A stretch of 64,000 nucleotides of DNA from Lama guanicoe (Eukaryota), in contig MU054187.1 in assembly GCA_013239625.1 (NCBI GenBank), positions 21,765,280-21,829,279 on the forward strand. Reading direction: 5' to 3'. Below, in pieces: positions 1 to 13,166 of this stretch (positions are counted from its first letter, which is position 1; the number at the start of each line of letters is the position of its first letter). Below the pieces are notes generated by a model. That model searched no databases. It was not told the origin of the DNA and worked only from the letters and a program-made list of their open reading frames with translations. A program made the translations under genes and the position numbers.

Positions 1-866
1 CTTGAGAGTCAAGAACTTGAATCGAGTCTCTCAGAGAAATGAAGAGACCAGACAAGGGAACTTCCAGTTTATTGGTTCACCTCGATTTGCCAAATGTGTC
101 TGATTTGGGAATTAATGCCATCTTGACTTTGTGAATGGAGGACTGGGATGACAGTGGTCCCTTGTGTTGGAATTCAGAGTATTGTAATAACCATGGAAGG
201 ATCTTCTGAAATATATAGAGAAATAACTTGTTACCTGACTCCTCTGCAGAAAACCAACAATATGACATTTCCTGACATGGTGTGGACTTTTACATGGATT
301 ATTCTATGTGATAAACTTATATATTTTCTTAGTATACCCGTTGCACATTTACAGGTAATTGAGTGGAGGCGTAGGTAACACCCAAAGGTACGGTAAGTGA
401 TGAACCAAGGAGCAAAGCATCTTTAAGAACTACACCCTTTTTCGGCCACACAGATTTTTCAGCTCCATGAATTCTTTCAGTGCATCGACTTGACCTGTGG
501 AGTTATCACAGCTCATTCTTAGAGCTGAGACTGAATCGCATTGTGTTCAACGGTGAATTGCATTGTTGTTTTTAGTTTGGTAGAAGGCGTTTGCAAAATA
601 CTTTATGAACTACGTGCTCTTTTGTCTGCCGGGGTTAGTTTAATTCTGAAGGTGAGTTAAGGCAAACCTATAAGAAAAGCAACTCAGCTTGTAAAACAAA
701 ACAAAATTTAAAAAAAGCAATTAGATGTTAAAGTGCTGAGGATAAAAATCTTATTTTATTAATCTTTGTTTTTTCTCCAATCTCAAGCGCAGTGCTTGGC
801 ACTCAAGAAATATTTGTTGAATGCAATAACTTATACAGTCCTTTTCTTTTGTCCTATATATTAAAG

Positions 867-1064
867 GTCCTATTCATTGGAATCAATTTTTCCCTATTGC
901 TGATGGGGATCAGCAGTCTCCGATTGAGATTAAAACCAAAGAAGTGAAATATGACTCTTCCCTCCGACCTCTTGGTATCAAGTATGATGCAAGCTCAGCC
1001 AAAATCATCAGTAATAGTGGCCATTCCTTCTGTGTTGACTTTGATGACACAGAGGACAAATCAG
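867..1064 (+). CDS. CA13: Carbonic anhydrase 13, coding exon 2 (exon 1 lies upstream of the window)
   Basis: ttaaag|GT acceptor and CAG|gttggc donor. The 198 nt translate as (G)PIHWNQFFPIADGDQQSPIEIKTKEVKYDSSLRPLGIKYDASSAKIISNSGHSFCVDFDDTEDKS, with the QSPI motif and proton-shuttle His64. Confidence 0.97.
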
Positions 1065-1172
1065 GTTGGCTTTTTTTTTTTTTTGGTGGGGGGTGAGGGG
1101 CTTGGGTAATTGGACGGCACGTTCTTACTTTCATGTTTGAGATACCTATGCACTGTATGTTCCAAATTAGTA

Positions 1173-1324
1173 TTTTTTTTTTTAGTTTTTTTTTTTTGAG
1201 AGGGGAAGGTAATTAGGTTTGCTTATTTAATTTTTTTCTTAATGGAAGCACTGGGGATTGAACCCAGGACCTCGTGCACGCTAAGCAGGTGCTCTACGAC
1301 TTGAGCTATACTTTCCTTCCCCCC
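1173..1324 (-). mobile_element. tRNA-derived SINE (camelid vic-1-like)
   Basis: Reverse complement shows the A-box/B-box head (tagctcaag...gggttcaatcccc) and an A-rich tail. Confidence 0.85.
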
Positions 1325-4300
1325 TTATTAATATTTTGCTAGAGCTTATAATAGAAGTTTTGTTTGATTCCTTCATGAAATAATGTCTTTTGCACTGGGA
1401 ATAAATAATGGGCTAACCAAAAAAACCTAGTTTATTTTGTTAATTTAATAACTGAATGAGGTAGAAAAGAGCATTTCTTTAAAATGAACATTCACTCTTT
1501 CTTCAAGCATATGTCCTGCTCAAGGAATAGATAATATCAAGTTTAAAAGTAAGATGACAGAAACAATTAGAATCATATTTTGGAATACTCTTTAAGGCTT
1601 TTGACGAATTATTTTTTTATTTAGTCTCATATTAGTATGATGCTGTATTTATTCTATTAATGAAAAATATAGTTAAATTATAAAAATCTTTAATCAGAAG
1701 AAAGTTTTCACTTACTCATTAAGCTCAGATTTAGCTTAGTAATAATATCTTGTGTTTAGGTAATGCTCTGTTGTTAGCAAAAATTAGAAGCCCGTTGCAT
1801 TTCTTCTTCATATTTGTTTAATTCATAAAAGTGATCCATTTTCATCAGAACATTATAAAAATGCTTAAAGAAAGTTTAACACATGGTATTTTTCCCTTTT
1901 TGGGGGAGGGCAAACTTCACTTTTTCCATGTATTTAATTGTCTTTCCTTCAAAGCCCTCCGTTTTGTGAATCTGTGTTAATAGATATAGTTGTTAATAGA
2001 TATAGATGTGATGGGTACAATGTGAAAGTAGTCCAAGGTTTCTAAAGTTTACACCACCCATTATGGTAGTTTGACACTGTTTATGATATCTCAACAGACA
2101 GACTGAGCTTACCCACGCCTGCTTTTACATACAAAATGATCAGATTGTGCTTCATCTAAAACTTGTTCATAAAAAATCTCAGTCAAAAAATTCTTAGTCT
2201 CATTCGCCCAATGATGATTTGGATCTCCTTGCTTTCTTTTTCTCTCTCCCTCCTTTTCCTTCTCTTTCCCTCTCTTTATTTCATTTTCCTCTACCTTGGG
2301 TTCTTCAGTGGAAGCAGTTCATCTGTGTTTCCAGATTTGACACCGTGTCTGTAATGGCTGCTGTGTGCCCTTTCCCATGAGCGAAGGTCCCACGTCTACC
2401 TAGATCACAATGAAATTGCGAGGGTTAATTGAAAATATCCATAAAGTACTTTGTCTTCCTCTGAGCCAGAAGCTACATAAATATAAGTCCTGATTCTCTT
2501 TCTTTTTTCTCAAGATAAACAAAGAGAATGTTCCATGGTGATTTGGGAGATTAAATTAGTTAGAGAGTAGATACCACCATAGTTAAAATACGTTGTTCTG
2601 AGTTTTCTTTTTATTTGGTAAACCATAAAAAACACAAAGATACTTCTGTGGCCAGCCATTTTATTTTGAATAAAATATTTCCATTTTGAAAAGAAGTCCT
2701 TTTGATCACAGTTAACTCCGAAGCCTACCAGTCAAGAAACTGGAGGCATGAAACTTTTCTCATGGTCCATAGTCCTGGCAGGGCTTCTTGGGCTGGGCCG
2801 CTGCACAGCTAATGGTTAACCTGTGGGCGCCCACCCTTCAGATTTTTAACAGTCCTTTAAAAAGGGATAGGTGGATGTGAGATTCACACAGGAAGAAATT
2901 CATCAGGAAGAATTACTGGCTGTCGTGGAGGGGAAATAGTAATCTGATGAGGAAAGTCAAGGGTGTTCTGACCTGAGCTTCTGGTCTTTTGGAACCCAGA
3001 CAGGATTCCCTTTGGGAATCTCACCCGACTGGCCCCGCCACCCCTCCCGTAGCATCCCAGACCTGTCCCTTCACAGAGCTCCCCACGCTGCATTGTGACT
3101 GCCGGTTGGTTCTTTCTGCTCAGCTAAAGGCTCCTTTGTGAGCAACAGCTCTGTCTTGCTCATCTGCTGTGCATGGTGCCTGGCACACAGTAGGTACTTG
3201 AAAGCTTTTTTTTTTTGGTATGATGTTCCTTGGAGGACATGGAAAATACCATGATTTGGGACAATGGTCCAGCAAGCCTTAGTATACACAGATGAAGCCC
3301 TAATAAAATTACAAACCATCAGAAATCAATGAATATTTACTGTTTGACACCTTAGTAGTTTAAACATTGGTAGATTATTTATTGTTTGAATATTTAATTT
3401 TTAAAGGCTATGGTATTACTGTTTTTTGATTTAATAAATGAGATAGTTCCTGGCATGTAGTAAATACTCAATAATTATTAATGGCTAATAATAAAAATCA
3501 TAATGAATAATAATTGTCTGTGTCCTTTCTGTGGATGAGCATCTTTGGAGGTGCCCAGGTCACTTCAGTAGCATCCTTACAAACAAGGTTTGTGCAGGAG
3601 TGCTTCTGCAGGTGATGTCTCTTTCTTACTTTATCTTAGTAACATTTTTGTTTTTTGATCCAGGCACTCTCCTAGGCACTGGGGATACAGGAGAACAAGA
3701 TTGTTTCTACTTTAAAAGAGTTTGCATCCTAGTGAGATAGACAGTGCATGAACAGACAAAGGGTGTTGACTTGAAAATTAATTTCTTTTTTTCTGATTTT
3801 GTCACCAGCCTGGCTTATCATTTAAGGTAGCTGATGATATTGTAGATTTGGAAATGAGTAGGTAAGCAAATTACTGACAACGAAAAAGTCAAGTTCAGTA
3901 GAATAACACATACATTTCTAGTTGGTTTTTGCAGCATATAGCAAATGCCAGACATGCTTTTCCTAAGTTATTAAAAGTTTTCCAAACTTTAATGGCATTT
4001 AACTCTGTTTTCTTAATCTCTCTAGACTTCCTATATGAGAGTATTATTTGGAATAGATTTTTATAAATCTTAAAGGAAGAATACATGGACTATTTTATAT
4101 ATATATGCCAAGCATGAGTTTGGAGAAATAATGACTTGTTTTCAAACATGATATGGAAACAACAATATATACTTATTCATCTAGGTTGGAAAGGAAGAAG
4201 AATAATTCAACTCTTGAACAAAACACTTAGTCATTCTCATTAAAAATGATTTTGTCACCATTATTCATTTTATACTATAGTTGAGCTGTTTTACGACAGA

Positions 4301-5464
4301 CCATCTCAAAGTTAGTGATAAATTAACCTTGGTATTTTGATTTGCTTTTTCCCACCCTGTGTTTCTTTGAAACAGTGCTGCTCCAAGAGAAAGGTCTTCA
4401 TGATCAGACATTTGCTCTCATAGTCCCAGGCTGGAGATTTCGGTTGAAACACATGAATGTAGAGTCCAGATATGTAAAGAGTAAGGCAATCTCCATTGCT
4501 TAACTAAGCAAAGGTGTGCTGATCTGGCTTTAAACCCTGGATTCAGAGCAGGCTTTCCAGAGACCATTATTCTTGAACATTTCCCTAATAATGTGTGTTT
4601 TTTGATATCACTTTCTTCTCCTGAGCCAGCTGGCTTTTATCTTCTCCCAAAGTCAGTTCCACACTGATCACTCCAGCTCTCTAATCTGCTTCTTATCTAT
4701 GAAGGCATGACTTTATGGTTCAGCTCAGGTCTTTTTATGCAACAGCAAGGGAAAAAAGAAACAAAAGAGCTGTTGATTTCTTTTGATTTGGAATGCCACT
4801 GCATCTGTGCTATGTGGAGTCACTTAGAGAAGTGTGCCTTTTAAACTAATTTGTCTCTGAATCATCTTTGAAAGTGTTTGTTTAAATACAAATCAAATAT
4901 TTTATTCATTCACTTATCAAATATTTACTGTGCATCTCCTCTGTGATAGTTACCGTGTTAGGTGACGGGTCCCGCAGGGACGCAAGCAGGCAGTGTCTGC
5001 CCTCTTGGACATTGTCCAGTGGGAGAAGAAACAGTAAAATTTTCAGTTTGTGACAGAGTAACAGAAGAGTGAGCTCTAGAGTCTGGTGTAAATGGTTTTC
5101 TCTTCAATTTTATTTTTTAGAGGGCTTTGAAAATAGCATTCTTTATTTATCATAAAGAAATCTGGATCCAAATGAATCTCAAGGAAGCCCCAACCATTCG
5201 ACCTTACAACAAATTTTATTATACACGCTCCCAATTTTTGTTTTTCCCTTACGACGTTTTGAGAACTGTGGAAGTTAAGGAGCATCCAGTCCAATCTCCC
5301 CATTAAAAACAGACGAACAATCATGAATACAGACAAGAAAGCTGAAGCCCATGGAGGCTAAGAGTTTGGAAAGATCGCAGAATTTAGTAGGTGAACTGGG
5401 ACTGTTCCCAGGTCTGCTGATTCCAACTACTACACCAATTCTTAATCACTGGTGCTCAACTTCA

Positions 5465-5483
5465 GCTGAGTCAAACTGAGTCA
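5465..5483. promoter_or_regulatory. Tandem AP-1 / NF-E2-ARE-like sites in CA13 intron 2
   Basis: GCTGAGTCAaacTGAGTCA: two TGAGTCA with 10-bp periodicity. Confidence 0.3.
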
Positions 5484-5660
5484 GGGAGAAATGAGTTCAG
5501 CTGTACTGCTCCAGACAGATGGCAGTCTGTGTTACTCTTTCTCCTACAATGTAGCTCAAAGAGATGTGTGTCTTAGCAAATGTATTATCTTGTCCTTTTT
5601 TTCTTGCTGTTTGTAGAAGACTGCATATGATACCTCTTAACGTCTTTTGCTTCTTATATA

Positions 5661-5700
5661 AGGTGGATCATTCTTGCCAAAGGTGGATCATTCTTGCCAA
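5661..5700. repeat. Perfect 20-bp tandem duplication
   Basis: aggtggatcattcttgccaa twice. Confidence 0.95.
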
Positions 5701-6149
5701 ATTTGGAGATAGAAGAGGAGGGTAATTTAAATCAAACTATTGTTAAGGCTGCACCTCACCAATCCAGCGCTTAATCCTATTGGGTGTTGATGAGCAATTA
5801 GTAATGCTTTTGGTGTAACCAGCATCCAGTGCTTCCTTATCCTCCCATATTCTTTAAAGCATGTCCAATAAAGACTAATTGGGAGGAGACAGTTTAGGGC
5901 TGTGTTTTCTATTAAGAAGCTTTTCTATTTATTAACATATGATTCTATTGCCATGGTTTTTAGAGATCATATTTGTTGAGGCGAAGTACTAAAATATACC
6001 CTGCCAAAGGGACAAAGATATGATGGATTTTTTAAAAAAGAGTTAATTCTGTCCTCTATTTTATGTTTCCTCAAGAAGATAGAATTCAAGTATAAAAAAC
6101 ATGCTTAATTCGCCGGGTTTTGTAGTAATGATAACAGCAATAAAATAGT

Positions 6150-6390
6150 AATAATGGTGAACATGTCCAGCGTGCTGGCTGGCTGGCCGGCAGTGATAAG
6201 TGCTTTGTGTTCAGTTTTTGTTCTCTTTTCACAACAGTGTAGGAGGAGGTAGCGTTACTGTCTTGAGGTTATAGACATGAAAAACTGAAGCTTCAAGGTT
6301 AAAAGGTTTGTGCAAGATCACACAGTTGGTGTGAACCCAGGTCTTCCAATGCCGAAGCCGATTCACTGACTGTGATGCCGGACTGCCCTC
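6150..6390 (-). mobile_element. MIR SINE remnant
   Basis: tagacatgaaaaactgaagct...ttgtgcaagatcacacagt...gaacccagg core. Confidence 0.55.
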
Positions 6391-6763
6391 CCAAGTTCAA
6401 GGTGGACCTCTTCGCATATCACGTTCTTACTTAGAGAGGCCGACCTCCTGCGTTAAACAGAGCTATTCTTCACCTTTATGAACTCCTAATTTCTCCTACT
6501 TCTTTTTTAACTAGTGTGTCTGTCATGATTTCCCAGTTATTTGATAAAAATCTATAATGTGGGCTCTCTAACCTTTTCAAATATTTGTTTTTATTCCTCA
6601 TTTACCTACCAGTTGTGTTTCTGGCAGCAAACTGAGTGACACATTTCTAAAAAACTCCTCAGGATCATGGACATGTTGAGTAATTCAGGGAGACACTGTG
6701 GGTTGGGACAGCATGTGTACAGTTTTTTTTCTTGCTAAAAATTTAAAATGTATTGACATTTAG

Positions 6764-6882
6764 TTCTGCGTGGGGGTCCGCTCACTGGAAGCTACAGGTT
6801 ACGCCAGTTTCACCTTCACTGGGGATCCGCTGACGATCACGGCTCTGAACACGTGGTGGACGGAGTGAGATACGCTGCAGAG
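6764..6882 (+). CDS. CA13: Carbonic anhydrase 13, coding exon 3
   Basis: tttag| acceptor and GAG|gtgagc donor. The 119 nt read (V)[39 protein letters not shown], with zinc ligands His94/His96 and Glu106. Confidence 0.97.
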
Positions 6883-7105
6883 GTGAGCCAGCAGACATGT
6901 ACCCACGGTTTGGAGTTTTTCTATGTGGTGAGATTTCAGGGACACAGAGGACACTCCCTTGACCCCAAACAGATCCTATGCCAGTTAGATATCCCAGTAG
7001 CTGAAATTGTTTTATTCTATCAGTATGAGAGTTTATCAAAATGAGAGCCACAAATTCAGCCCTTCTGAGCCTTAGAGCTTAGGGTGCCCATGTTAGAAAT
7101 GAATA

Positions 7106-7275
7106 GGGGGAGGATATCGCTCAGTGGGAGAGTGCTTGCTCGCACGCACAAGGTCCTGGATTCAATCCCCAGGACCTCTGTTTAAAATAAATAAATAAAC
7201 AAACAAACAAACAAACAAACAAACCTAAATTACCTCTCCCATACAAAAATAAAAAAAAAACACTAAAAAAAAAAG
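7106..7275 (+). mobile_element. tRNA-derived SINE (vic-1-like) with 11-bp TSD
   Basis: gctcagtgg...ggattcaatcccc head and (AAAT/AAAC)n tail. TSD agaaatgaata at 7095-7105 and 7276-7286. Confidence 0.9.
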
Positions 7276-8619
7276 AGAAATGAATAAACTGGAGACTTAG
7301 ATTAAGTAATTCATTCAGGTAGGACGCATTTGAGATGGGTTGAAATCCAGGTTTGTCCGACACCAAATTACATATTCTTTCTATAATATCTGTTGCATTT
7401 CCTGAAAAGCCAGTGAAAAGGGGGAGAAAGAAATGTTTGTTTTAGGCCCAACTGTGTACATATTTAGTTCAGACACAAATACATACTAATCTCATGTAAA
7501 GTCCATATTATGGAGGTAATGGTAAATGGCAAAGCTCCTCTTAGAAAAAAAAAAAAAAAAAAAAAAGGAAAGCCACAGACTCTCCTAAAGTCTACATTGC
7601 CTCTACAGTCCCAGATATTAATGTGGAGTCTCTGTTAGTTATTCAACAGAGTGCTCATTGACTTTTTTCTTTTTCACTGGGAAGTTATTCCTTTTCCTCA
7701 TGATTATATTCATTGATAATATTCTACTTTTTCGGATCCTCTGGTTAAAGGACAAACCATAATATACTTCAAGTTTTAATACAATTAAATATTGCTAACA
7801 CCCAGCTTTACCATGAGATGAAAATGAAGTTTTGTCCGACTCAACCAAAGTGAACACAATGTGGCTTGTGGGTCATCTAGGCGAGGCAGAGCAGTGTTAC
7901 CAGGCAAGTAGAGTTTTTCTTCATCTTCTCATAATTACTGAACTGTGGAGTTGAGACTCTCTTTCACAGCCTTGCTGTTCAGAGAGATCCAGCAAACAGA
8001 CTTCTTTCCAGTTTTATTTTTCCATTTACATGTTTATCTGCTCCTTGAGGCTATCAACCAAAACACCCTTCTTGCTTACGAAATCCCTTTTGTTTGAGAC
8101 CAGGTGCTTAGGGTGTGGGCCCAGCTCTGTCCTCGGGGTGGAGGAATAAAATGTCCACCCAAAGTGCTCTTTGGTGATGGATGAAAGATGCCAAGAATGT
8201 AGGAGGTGAGACTCTTGACTCTGTATAGTGTCTCAGTTTATATCACCCACTGAATAGCTTTCGTGTTCGCTTTCCAAAGTTTTGTGTTCTCAATTCGACA
8301 TGTTCTAAATCTAAAAAGTTTTGTGGGGATTGAGAGCTGGCTTTGGATCACTGCCTTGTAATTTTCCTAAGCCACATTACTTTAGGCTTACACCTGGCTT
8401 CAGGAACTCGAAAGGATACTCTCAGGGAGATTGGCTCTGAGTTGGCAAGTGGTTTCCTGAAAAGGGTCCTCATGTCCTGAAATTTGCTAGAGGCTCAGAG
8501 TCCTGACTTGCAGAGCAAGGGCCATCTTTGTAGATTTTTCCTTCTTGAAGTGGACAAAGCTTGGACTGGAATTTCATATTGTCCTTTAAGGTGTATTTAA
8601 GGCTGTCTCTTATTTCATT

Positions 8620-10240
8620 TGTTCATGCACGCATTCATTCATTAATTGACTCATTCATTCATTCTTTAAGACTTCACTGAGATCCCAGTGTGTCCCGTCT
8701 TGGCCCTGCTTACCCATGCTCATCCTGAAGAGGGTGCTGGGAAGAGGTAGGGATGGGTCAGGGAAGGCTTCCTAGAGGAAAAGGGCTTCAACTCCAAACC
8801 TGAAAGAGGAGCAGGAGTGAGCCAAGCAAAGGGGAGAGACACCCGGACAGAATCAGGTGTGAGGATGGGGATGGGCAGGAGTGCCACATACTTGAAGAGC
8901 AGGATGGCCAGTGTGATCAGAGCATGGAGAACAAAGGGGAGGCTTGTTGGGGATAAAGTTGGAGAGGCTGGAGGGGCCTGGTCTTACTAAGGTAAGTCAT
9001 GGTAAGGATTGTGGACTTTGTTCAAGTATAATGTGAAGCTACTGAATGGTCTTGAATCAGAAAGTGATCATGTTTGAGTTTGAAACATATCATTCAAGCT
9101 ACAGTTTGAGAATAGACTGGGTTGAAGCAGGCGTGATAAGGCTTTGGGGGAAGTTTCAGGGAGAAGATGGTGGTGCAGTTGGAGGGCTGGCTGGCTGGAT
9201 GTGCAGCTTCAGTGGGGTTTGTTGATTGACTGGGGTTGAGGGCGAGGGAGGGGAGGAGGCAGTGGTTTTGGCTTGAGATAGGAGTGTTATAGAGGAAGAG
9301 GAAGTCTGCCTCAGACAGTCAGGGTCGGTAGGTATTTGAGGTCGACAGTAAACAAATAAATAAACCGTGTGTGGTAAGTTCTAGGAACAATACCATGTTC
9401 CTAGAAGTAGTAGAGTGACCAGGTGATTAAGAAAGGCCTCTCTGAGCTGATATGTGAATTGAGACTGAATGACCAGAAGCCACTTGAGGACATCGAGAGA
9501 GATCTTTCTAGTTAGTGGGAACAGCAGGTACAAATGCTCTCAGGCAGAAATGAGGTTGCCTGCTTCAAGAAGAGACAGATGCTGGCTTCTAGGCTTGGAA
9601 TGAATGGGAGACAAGTTATCAGCCGTGTTTTTAGAGAGGCTGGCAGGGACCACACCACGTCAGTCTTTGGGGGGCTTGGGGAGCAGTTGGGAGTTTAGCC
9701 TTCATGCAGCAGGACAAAGACAGTGGAAGATTTCCAGCGGGGGAACGGCGTGTTCTGTTTTATACTTTAGAGAATATAACCGGCTGCTCTGTGGTGAAGA
9801 GGTAGGGCAAACGAAGAATCAGGGAGACAAACTAGGTGATGAAAGCAGTTCAGGCGAGCGATGGTGATGGGTACCATTGGGTTCTGGAGGTGGAGAGAGC
9901 TAGACAGACCTGTGATGTGCTTGGGAGGTAAAATCAGTGGGACTTGCCAGTGAGAAGGATGTGAAGATTGAAAGAAGGAAAAAGAGGAATCACTCCTAAG
10001 ATGTGGGCTTGAGCAGCTGTGAGGATGGCTGTGCCATTTGCTGAGATGGCGAAGTCCAAGGAGGAGCAGATGGCAGAGAGGAATGGACTGTCTGCTTAGA
10101 CATGTTAAGTTGGAGATGCATATAAGCTGTTCTAGGCTCACATTCAAGTGGGCCATTAGATACAAACCTGGAGTTTAAACGAGAGGTCAGGGCTGGAGAT
10201 GGAGGTACTTGGGAATCACTTGCCTTTGGTTTCAAGTTCA
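8620..10240 (-). mobile_element. L2 LINE remnants
   Basis: (ttca)n 3' end, and gggaaggcttcctagaggaa...ggacttgccagtga...gagaggtcagggctggagat. Confidence 0.65.
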
Positions 10241-10260
10241 AAAAGATCCCATTGTGTGTT

Positions 10261-10460
10261 GGGGGGAGGGTATAGCTCAGTGGTAGAGCGCATGCTTAGT
10301 ATGGACGAGGTCCTGGGTTCAACCCCCAGTCCCTCCACTTAAATAAATAGGTACATAACCTAATGATCACTCCCAAATAAATAAATAAGAAACCTAATAG
10401 TCTCCCCCTGCCCCCCCAAAATAACTGAAAGAGAAATTATTTCAATATTTTTTTTTAAAA
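10261..10460 (+). mobile_element. tRNA-derived SINE (vic-1-like)
   Basis: ggggagggtatagctcagtggtagagcgcatgcttag...gtcctgggttcaacccc, followed by an AT-rich tail. Confidence 0.9.
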
Positions 10461-12061
10461 AACAATCCCTTTGTACTTGACTATAGAAATGATCCTAAGG
10501 GATTACTTAGCATTTTCAGCTACTTCTGTACCTAGCTGCAAGACTATCATCAAGTTACTTGCTCTTAAAAAATAAAAAATGGGAAGAAAAAAAATGAAAG
10601 GAAAAAAACCATTTAAAGCTGTAACATATAAGAATTGATTTTGGGGCCTAATCTAATGATTTGTGACATTACAGAGAGAGATTAAAGTTAATCTAAATCA
10701 TGAAAGACTTTATCCCAAGAGTTTAGCATCAACAAAAAGTAGGCTAATAGTCCACTGCATATTTGCAACTTTATCTGATGACAGCTTATGCCTGATAAGT
10801 GTGTTAAATATGTAGTTGGTAGTAAAATTACGATTTCAACATTAATGGCGACTTTCGGCATATGAAGCAAATTTTATGTGTCAATAGTATGCAGTTTAAA
10901 AATACTAAAGTTGAATAATACTATTATTTTGAAATGGTTTTCTAGTAGGGGAGAATCTTATCATCTCCGTGTTTGCAGTGGCTTCTTGTCATTCAGCTCA
11001 AATCACTGTGACTCTCACTCTTAGGAATGTGAGTATGTTGTTTGTTTGAGTCTTAGTTCAAATACAAATGCTAATAAAAGTGCTATCAGTTCCTCTGAAG
11101 GTGATCGCCACCACTGAAGCAAGATGCGTGGGAGAGAGAAGGGCTTGTTTACCAAAACAAAAGGTTTCTCTTGCTTTCGCTTCCCGTGATACTTCAAATA
11201 CTTGTTTTCTAACCAGTGGAAGGATATGTAGATTTCATGTGTCTTTGGTTACTTACACCTTCATTTTCTAATCAGTTGTGGTCGTGAACTTCAAGAGGGC
11301 ATTTCAAGTCTGTCTCTTTGGTCTCATCTCTTACTAAGCCAGCTGCTGTGTTGGCATGGAGCCATTTCAAACAACTCTAAGGTACTTTCCTGCCCCTCCC
11401 TGTCGGTCTCATGTGAGCCAAATGCATTTTGTTTCATCATCCAGTGTTTTCACGTTTTATTCCCCACCCGCTGCCCCAACTATCTCACGTCCACATAGAA
11501 CACAGCACCGCGAGAATCCACTTTCGTATTTTCTGTCTGGATATCCCACAGCCTTCCTTGCTTGTTCGTGGATGAGGCACTGTTTTGTAGTTTTATAATT
11601 CACAGTTTATGATAAACTGATTATTTATCTAGAAATCCTCCCCTATTAGTTGCCTGAAGACATGAAGTCATGAAATTATATTTAAAGGAAGGGATAAAAG
11701 CATTCGTTTGAATATACTGAATTCTCTCTGTAACAGTCAGCTAGAAGGGTGATCTGTGCATGAATCGTTTCATGAACAAGTGCTTCCTGCTGAGGTGGTA
11801 TAGGGTTCATTTGAAGGAGATCCTATCTGAAATCCGTCCCTCACGTGGGACCCTTGGACAGCATGGCCGAGTCACGGTCTTGGCCAAGTCATTTACCCAA
11901 ATGCCCGCGTTGCCCTGTGGCTTCTGTCTGCGAGTGTCCTTCCCGTAACCAGGATGAAGACCAGACCCTTCACGCTGCCTTATTCTTACTCTACGACCCT
12001 TCACGCTTGTTTGTGAGTTGAGATTCTGCATTGTTTACAGTGGTACAATTGTTTTGTTTTA

Positions 12062-12250
12062 TTATTATTTTTTTCACAGAAATATAGTCAGTTTACAATG
12101 TTGTGTTAATTTCTGGTGTACAGCATAGTTACTCAGTTGTACATATATTATATATTCCTTTTCATATTCTTTTTCTTTATAGGCCATTACAAGGTATTGA
12201 ATATAGTTCCCGGTGCTCTACAGCAGGACCTTGTTGTTGATCTATACGTT
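12062..12250 (-). mobile_element. L1 3'-end fragment
   Basis: tatagtcagtttacaatgttgtgttaatttctggtgtacagcatagt...tattgaatatagttccc motif, shared with other copies in the window. Confidence 0.8.
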
Positions 12251-13070
12251 CGTAGGACTTTAGGACACGTTTGGATTTTTGCAGACGGCCACACACGTGG
12301 GGTCGAGTTGTGAAGTGGGTGCAGCAGCCTGTTTCCTAGGGTTCCAGGTCCCCATCTCCTCGTCTCTCCCTTTTTTCCCTCTTCTCCTTGCCGGCAGCAC
12401 CAGCTGCCTCTCATTTTCTTTCACAGACACCTCTGGCTGCAAGACCCGGAAGCCTCTTACCCCTGTTAAAACTTGCAAAGGATCAGCAAAGGATCAGAAC
12501 ATTCTCCTAGAAGGCAGAAAATGGGTGAAGGTTACCCTTCAGGAGAATTTGCATTTTCAAGCCATAAAGAGTCTTGAACTACAGTAGTGAACACGGGACT
12601 GGGCAGTTTCAGGAAAAACTGGCACTGTCCTCAGCAGCAGGACTGTCCCTGGTGCACCTGCCGTGCAGGGTTGACTTCTCCGCCTGCCTGTGAGCCTGAG
12701 CTTGTGCGTCGGCCTCTGCCACCAGCTGGGGGATGACTGAGGGCTGCATGTTTGAGGTCCCATCTGTGGACACGGAGAAGGAGCCCAGGTCACTTGGGAG
12801 CAATGGCTGGGCGCTCCAGAGAGTTCTAGTGACGCAGAGCTCAACACAGTCCTCCGCAGACTAGCTAAGTGACACATCCTTCACTGCGTGTGCTGTAGTT
12901 TCTAGACAAAAGTGAACAGGAAGATTCTGTTCAAGGTTCTTGTGAGGGATACATTATACCTGTAAGTGCACAGCGCCAGAACATCTATATAAATATTTCA
13001 TTTGCCTTTATGTTTTTAAGGATTTTTAAAAAAATTAACATTTAAGTTATTTGTATTCCTCTGCAATCAG

Positions 13071-13166
13071 CTCCACATCGTTCACTGGAATTCAGACAAA
13101 TACCCCAGCTTTGTTGAGGCAGCTCACGAGCCGGATGGATTAGCTGTCTTGGGAGTATTTTTACAG
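13071..13166 (+). CDS. CA13: Carbonic anhydrase 13, coding exon 4
   Basis: atcag| acceptor and CAG|gtgaga donor. The 96 nt read [32 protein letters not shown], with zinc ligand His119. Confidence 0.97.

Noticed and set aside
9379..9406. 11-bp stem hairpin ttctaggaaca/tgttcctagaa
   Set aside because: It lies within degenerate L2 sequence, is short, and has no supporting context.
10261..10340. tRNA-like sequences with A and B boxes (also 7106, 53876 and others)
   Set aside because: These are SINE heads followed by a SINE body, AT-rich tail and TSDs, not tRNA genes.
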